DNA of 64,000 bases from Chrysomallon squamiferum. Lineage: Eukaryota > Animalia > Mollusca. Location of the stretch: assembly GCA_012295275.1 (NCBI GenBank), contig CM022674.1, positions 496,001-560,000 of the forward strand. The letters run 5' to 3'. Below the pieces are notes generated by a model. The model was given only the letters and a program-made list of their open reading frames with translations. It did no database searches and was not told where the DNA came from. Numbering within the stretch: the first letter of the stretch is position 1; the number at the start of each line of letters is the position of its first letter. This document shows positions 56,899 to 64,000 of this stretch, piece after piece. Position numbers and translations under genes: made by a program.

Positions 56899-57738
56899 GA
56901 CAAGAAAAAACAGAGAGATAAATAAAGAAAATCCTAATTAAGTTTTAGTTTTATCTAGAATAATGTTACATCATAAATGTATTATTACTATCATCATCAT
57001 CATCATCATCATCATTATTATTATTATTGTTGTTGTCCTTATTTAATTATGTTTTTTTATCATATTATTTTAGTTCAGTTTACTTTAGTTTTCATTTTGT
57101 GACGTATTATTTTTGTTGATATTCTGCTAACCATTTAAACTTTTGTTACTCATTAGTTAATTATTTTTAACTGAAATAATAATATCGGCGAAATGCTCAT
57201 ATTTCAAACAGAAGCGTTTGAAATTGTTCTTTCATCTGTATGCATGACGCGATGTCGTACGTTTCAAAGACTTATTAATTACACGATGAAAACGAGTATC
57301 ACGGAGCTGAGGTTATTAACGGACAATAAGTGACAGAAGAACAGAAAATGGAGGGACACAGAGACAATCACGAGAGAGAAGCATGTGAATGAGATAAAAA
57401 AAAAAAAGGAAAAAGAGAGATAGTAGTAGTAGTAGTAATTTATTTATGAATGTTTTCTCTAGCTATTCATCCATCCATCCATCTATAAATCTATCTGTCT
57501 ATCTACCTAGCCATCTCTGTTTAGTTTTATACATGTGTGTATATATCTATCTATGTGTCCGTCTATCTATCTGACTATCTATCTCTCTGCGTGTACCTAT
57601 CTATATATGTCTGTCTATTTAGCTGTCTGTCTAGCTGTCTCTATAATCTATCAAATCTGTGAGTGTTGCAGTAAGAAATGAAACACATATATAAACGATA
57701 GAGACACAGCTATACAGTGAGAGACAGACATGACTGTA

Positions 57739-57776
<38 letters not shown>

Positions 57777-58015
57777 GACAAGAACTGAAAGAAATACAAA
57801 CAAATAAACAATGAAGAACATCCTAATTAAGTTTAATTTTATCTAGAACAATATTGCATCATAAATATATTATATCTATAATCATCATCATAATCATCAT
57901 TATTAATATTGTTACCGTTGTTATTATTATTATTCTTATTGTTGTTGTCATTATTTATTTATTTTTGTATTACATTATTTTAGTTTAGTTTAGTTTAGTT
58001 TTCATTCGTGATATT
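56865..58015 (+). repeat. Local direct duplication (~56865-57110 vs ~57738-58015)
   Basis: (GAT)n-GAAGACAAGAA...ATCCTAATTAAGTTT...TTTTATCTAGAA...CATCATAAAT...TTTAGTTTTCATT is collinear in both. Confidence 0.8.
57185..57730 (+). repeat. Duplicated segment, partner 62070-62740
   Basis: Shared CACGGAGCTGAGGTTATTAACGGACAATAAGTGACAG, GAGAGAGAAGCATGTGAATGAGATAAAA, TCTACCTAGC and TGAGTGTTG.AGTA. Confidence 0.9.
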
Positions 58016-58552
58016 TGATTTTAAGATTTTACTAATAAACTAGTTGTTGATCACTGATTATATATTTTGAACTTAGCAGTCTTATGTTATGAAATGTTCC
58101 ATATTCTGTTCTGTTTGTTGTTGTTGTTTTAGTTATTATTACGGTGTTCACAATGCACAACATTTGAACCACATCTACCGGAAGAAAAACAAGCCCATCC
58201 AATTTCCCACCTACCCAATCCCCAAAACAGACCTGTGGCTCACATACATTGCACCTACCCGAATACCCATTCATCTGTAAACACGTTAAAAGCAAATTTC
58301 AATGGCTGTTTCTGTATTGGCTCAAAATCGCCCTCTGACGTCACTGCGTACAATAAAACTTACATATCCTTGATCAATCCCGTTAAACTATGACGTCATA
58401 ATTGGTGAATTTATAATTTCCTGATACTATATATTATTGTTAGCTAACTATGTTAAATGTTACAGGAAAAACGATTTAACAAATAATTACAAAATATATT
58501 TTATTACTCACAGTAATGGGATGGTGTTCTGAAATGAAAAAAATATAATGTA

Positions 58553-58657
58553 TTCGTAGTTAGATATTTATTATTCTGATGAAATATGTTCATAGTTAGA
58601 TATTTATTATTCTGATGAAATGTGTTCGTAGTTAGATATTTATTATTCTGATGAAAT
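58553..58657. repeat. 36-bp tandem repeat x3 (TTCGTAGTTAGATATTTATTATTCTGATGAAATATG)
   Basis: Read directly. Confidence 0.9.
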
Positions 58658-59515
58658 TTATTTAATTAATTATTTATTTTTATTTATTTATTATATCGAT
58701 GATAATGTGATGATCAAAATATTGATAATAGATAGATAGATAGATAAATAAATAAATAAGTAAAATTTCACTCTCTCTGAATCTCTGAAAAAATTATATA
58801 TATATATTTTTTTTCCAGTAGGTTTTTTTTTTATTTATATATATATATATATATATAAGCTTTCCCTTTTCATATTATTTATCCCTTTTGTGTCGCTATT
58901 CTTTTTATCCCACCTTAGCCTTAACACAAAACTATTTCACCTTCTGTGACGTAGTTTGACAGGCACATACTTTCTATGCAACATGACAGCACAATAAATA
59001 ACGTGTTTTCATCATGACGTCAGCGCCAAACCGTATTTTACTTATTGTGACGTATGTGAATGGAGAAAACCGCCGACAATCCTCTATAAGCCATTAATAA
59101 CAAAAAAGTTATCAGTTAATATCAGGGAAAAAAACAGTGTTGTTTTGTTTTACATGTGTTAAAAGTAAGATGTAAGCTAATGCTGGCCCTAAGCATAATA
59201 AAGCTGTATTCTCTCTGATTTCAGTTTAACGTTTCTGCGTTAAATATTTAATGCAGTGATGTAAAGGCTTTACGTACTGAATCTTTTCACACGATTATTG
59301 CTACTGTTATTTGCATTGTGTTGCTGTAGTCTTTTCTTTCTCTCTTCCCGTCTTCCTTCTTTCTTTCTTTCTTTTTCTTTTCTTCCTTCTTTCCACTGTC
59401 TGTTTATCTATTTATTTATGTGTGTGTGTTTGTATGTGTATACGTATGTATGTATGTATGTATAAATGCATGTATGTATATATGTATATATGTATGGACG
59501 CGTATGTAAGTATGC

Positions 59516-59561
<46 letters not shown>

Positions 59562-59613
59562 ATCTTTATATACTCAATCCGCATATCTGTATGCCTATAT
59601 AATTTATCTATTC

Positions 59614-59665
<52 letters not shown>

Positions 59666-60881
59666 GTCTATCTGCCTATCTAAAATTATATATGTCTGTG
59701 TTTTTGTACGGGATAGTTATATTTTATATATAATGTCCGTGTATCTGTATATTATGGACGTTGACTTTTATATGTGTCTGTAAATAACACTATAAATGTA
59801 GACACACATACTTCGTTGTATGTATCTTTACACGATTCATGACTTTTGTATGCGATCTACGAATGTTTATTGTCACCTCTTTCCAACGATATATTCTTAT
59901 AAATATACATACCTGCCGCTTATTTCACGCAGAGGTGACCTAAATATACCGTGTATAGAAACAAACTGAAAAATAACCTCAGGTAAATATTCACGTTTAT
60001 TTGTGACAGGCAGTGTATGAGATATTCTGAGACAGTGCCTCTACAGTCTTTTGTCAAAACACACGGTCCATTAATCTTTCCTTAATCTCCTTACAGTTAC
60101 CTACAATAAACAACACGTTTTGCCATTAAAGGGGCCATATTGATTTTAGACCATTGCTTTTTGAATGCGGTCGCTCCTATCTCTTTCACTGCGTCTTATT
60201 TTCTGCTTTTGTAGTTATCTTCATATCTATAGATACATATATATATATAAAGAAATCATTTCTATATATAGAAAGAATCATATATATATATATATATATA
60301 TAGAAAGAAAGAATCATATATATGTGTGTGTGTGTGTTGTCTGCTAATCTCTCTTTAATCGTCTTGCAATATGTATATAATAAACCGCAAAGATTTCGAA
60401 TTAAAGGGGCAAGATCGCCTTTCGTCCGGTTCCTCGCTGATTTGTCGAAGTGCACGCTTCATTAATCTGCATTTAATGTTCTAACGGTTAGCTTCATCGT
60501 GACAATAACAGACTGGCCTTTAAAGGGGCAACGTCCCGTTTCGTCGCTGTTCAGTTTGATACCGCTGAATTGCTTATATAAATATCCCTCCGAGTAATTG
60601 TCTTTTAATTACGCTACAGTGGTCCGGGCACATTCAGTTAGACAAAAGCTCTCCTCGCGAGATGAAATTGTGAACGTTTTAATTGCCTCGTGTGTTTATT
60701 TATGTATCTGTCTCCCTCTGACTGTGTTTGTAAATGTGAACTGTATGTTTAATACACCGTGCGGTTAATAAAGGACGAACACAGTGGAAATCAAAAATAA
60801 TTCCTCTACGTGTATACGTGTTTTATCTGTGTATGTATGTATATATATATATATATATGAACGAATGTATGTGTGTGTATG

Positions 60882-60912
<31 letters not shown>

Positions 60913-60924
60913 GTATGAATGTAC

Positions 60925-60962
<38 letters not shown>

Positions 60963-61709
60963 CCAATTACATATATCTTATGAATAATGAAGGACTTAAA
61001 ACTGAACCTTGTCGTACGAAATGTCACTTAACAGTATATCATCTTCTAATTTGTTTATAACTCTTCATTAAGCACATTTTTTGTACATCAAATATTCTAA
61101 CAAATTATTACTTATAAGATATTAGAATAGGGCTACAGTTTTGTGGTTAGAAGTCTCCCTTAAGGCAGAGAATAATGGAATGAAAAGGTCCTGAAATTTC
61201 CGTTCCGACTTCTGTTATATATCTGATTTATCAGCGACAATAATAATTATGTGTTTTTCTGTCTGTGGGAAAACAGGCCAATTTACAAATGTATTCTTGC
61301 TACTTCAGAACGAGTAATAGAACTGGGTTATAATTAACAGTATTATATTATTATTTTGTAAACTCTGTGACGTCATGTATAATGGCTGCTACTGTTTTAA
61401 TATAAAGGATTATTATTTTAAATCGACGACTATATTTACATTTCAGACAACGAAGTACATCATGAAACAGCAAGAAAAGACAAAAAGAACAAGGAATGAA
61501 TGGTTCGAAGGAAGAAGGTTAAGACATAACTGAATGTTTTATATATTTTCATTTCTATTACGTTACAAATAAATAAATAAATAAATAAATAAATTTATTC
61601 AGTAGTCTTTGACAAACATCCAAAATAATTAAAGATATAAAACTTAACCTTGTCCACGCCGGAAATAAAAAAAAATATATATATATTTCCTTAATGAACG
61701 CCACATACA

Positions 61710-62740
<1,031 letters not shown>

Positions 62741-63873
62741 CGTCTTGTAGAGAGAAAAACTAATAAATTACAGTTGATGAAAGTGATGGAACGACTTAGT
62801 TAATCAGAGAGAAACAGGAAAACAAGAAAGAGAGAGAGAGAAAACAAAGCAACAAAGTTTTCAGCATGAAAGAACGATGGAATAATAGATTGAAATAAAT
62901 AAAGAAAGAAACAAACAAATAATTAAGTAAGAAAACATCTAACTAAGCAAGTCAACAAACAAATAAAGAAATAGATTAATAAAGAGAGAAAAGAAAGAAA
63001 GAAAGAAAGAAGTAGGTAAGTAACTAAATAAACAAACAAGGAAACAAATACGTAATTAAATAAATAAATAAATAGGTTATTAAGTAAATAAAGAAAGAAA
63101 GAAGTAAACAGACAAATAAGTAAACAAACAGATAAACAAACAAACAAACAAACAAACAAACAAACAAACAAACAAACAAACAAATAAACAAACAAATAAA
63201 TAAATAAATAAATAACCAGACAAGCCAACTTTCAAAAAGCCCCACATTCTGCTGCATGCGACGCGTCGCTACTGACCGACAAAACGACACCAATAAACAT
63301 TTTACGTAAGCTGAACCAAGTCTTTACCTGAAAGCAGGCCTACCTGTGCGCTGAACGCAGATTAATTACTGTCGCCAGCTCGCAGCGTTGGACAGGGAAA
63401 TAAATACGTTTGCGAAACATTTCTTCGTTCCGCCCATATCAAAGCATGTCAGTCTCTCAGAGAGCTCATCCATTCCGCGGTGTAACTCACAAACGCTGAA
63501 TGTGTGGTGAAAAAAAAAAAAATAAAAAAAAAAAAAAAAATAATAGACAATGAAAGACTTAATTAATTGCAAGCGACATTAACAGTGACAAAGTACTACG
63601 CCTACAAGGACAGCGAATAAACAACAACAGCAGCAGCAATCATCAGGGAAACGATTGTTGGAATACAAATGACTTTGAGGTGAATAATCGTTTCGACTTG
63701 GATCAAGCATCACTGATGTTTTTAGAAAACGCGTTTTTTTTTTTTTTTTTTATATTTACATTAGTGCTGTGTGTGTTTTAAAACAACAACAACAACACTA
63801 ATAAAAAAATAATTTAAAAAATAAAACAACAAAACAAATAAATAAGGAAACAACCAAATTGTAAAACACAAAA

Positions 63874-63916
<43 letters not shown>

Positions 63917-64000
63917 ACAAACAAATAAATAACAAAAACAATAAAAAGTAATAACGACGTATCATCTTTTCTGTTTCATTGCTTGTGAAACCTTTCTGCA

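Noticed and set aside
58553-58657. 36-bp repeats resembling a CRISPR array (likewise the 41-bp array at 39094)
   Set aside because: Head-to-tail tandem units with no unique spacers, no cas genes, and a eukaryotic context.
60125-60550. Three TAAAGGGGC motifs suggestive of TTAA-type transposon ends
   Set aside because: All are in the same orientation, with no matching inverted terminus or transposase found.

Overview
AT-rich, microsatellite-dense eukaryotic (invertebrate) genomic DNA; the repeat style resembles a mollusc/cephalopod, but the taxon cannot be established from the window. It holds one complete multi-exon protein-coding gene on the minus strand, a PDE9-family cGMP phosphodiesterase (ATG at 51820, stop at 7177-7179). 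I traced 13 coding exons per mRNA by hand; all have GT-AG boundaries and matching phases, giving 523 aa. The main discovery is that the catalytic-domain exon carrying the metal-binding Asp and part of the nucleotide pocket is present as two intact, diverged 105-nt tandem copies (11433-11537 and 10014-10118), the signature of mutually exclusive exons. Short complementary intronic elements could loop out one copy or the other, and Rbfox/STAR motifs lie nearby. Other signals: several RFX X-boxes, a CpG-rich upstream region with seven full CRE sites, a candidate internal promoter for a short isoform, and local duplications and minisatellites. Almost all ORF-track entries are simple-repeat artefacts.
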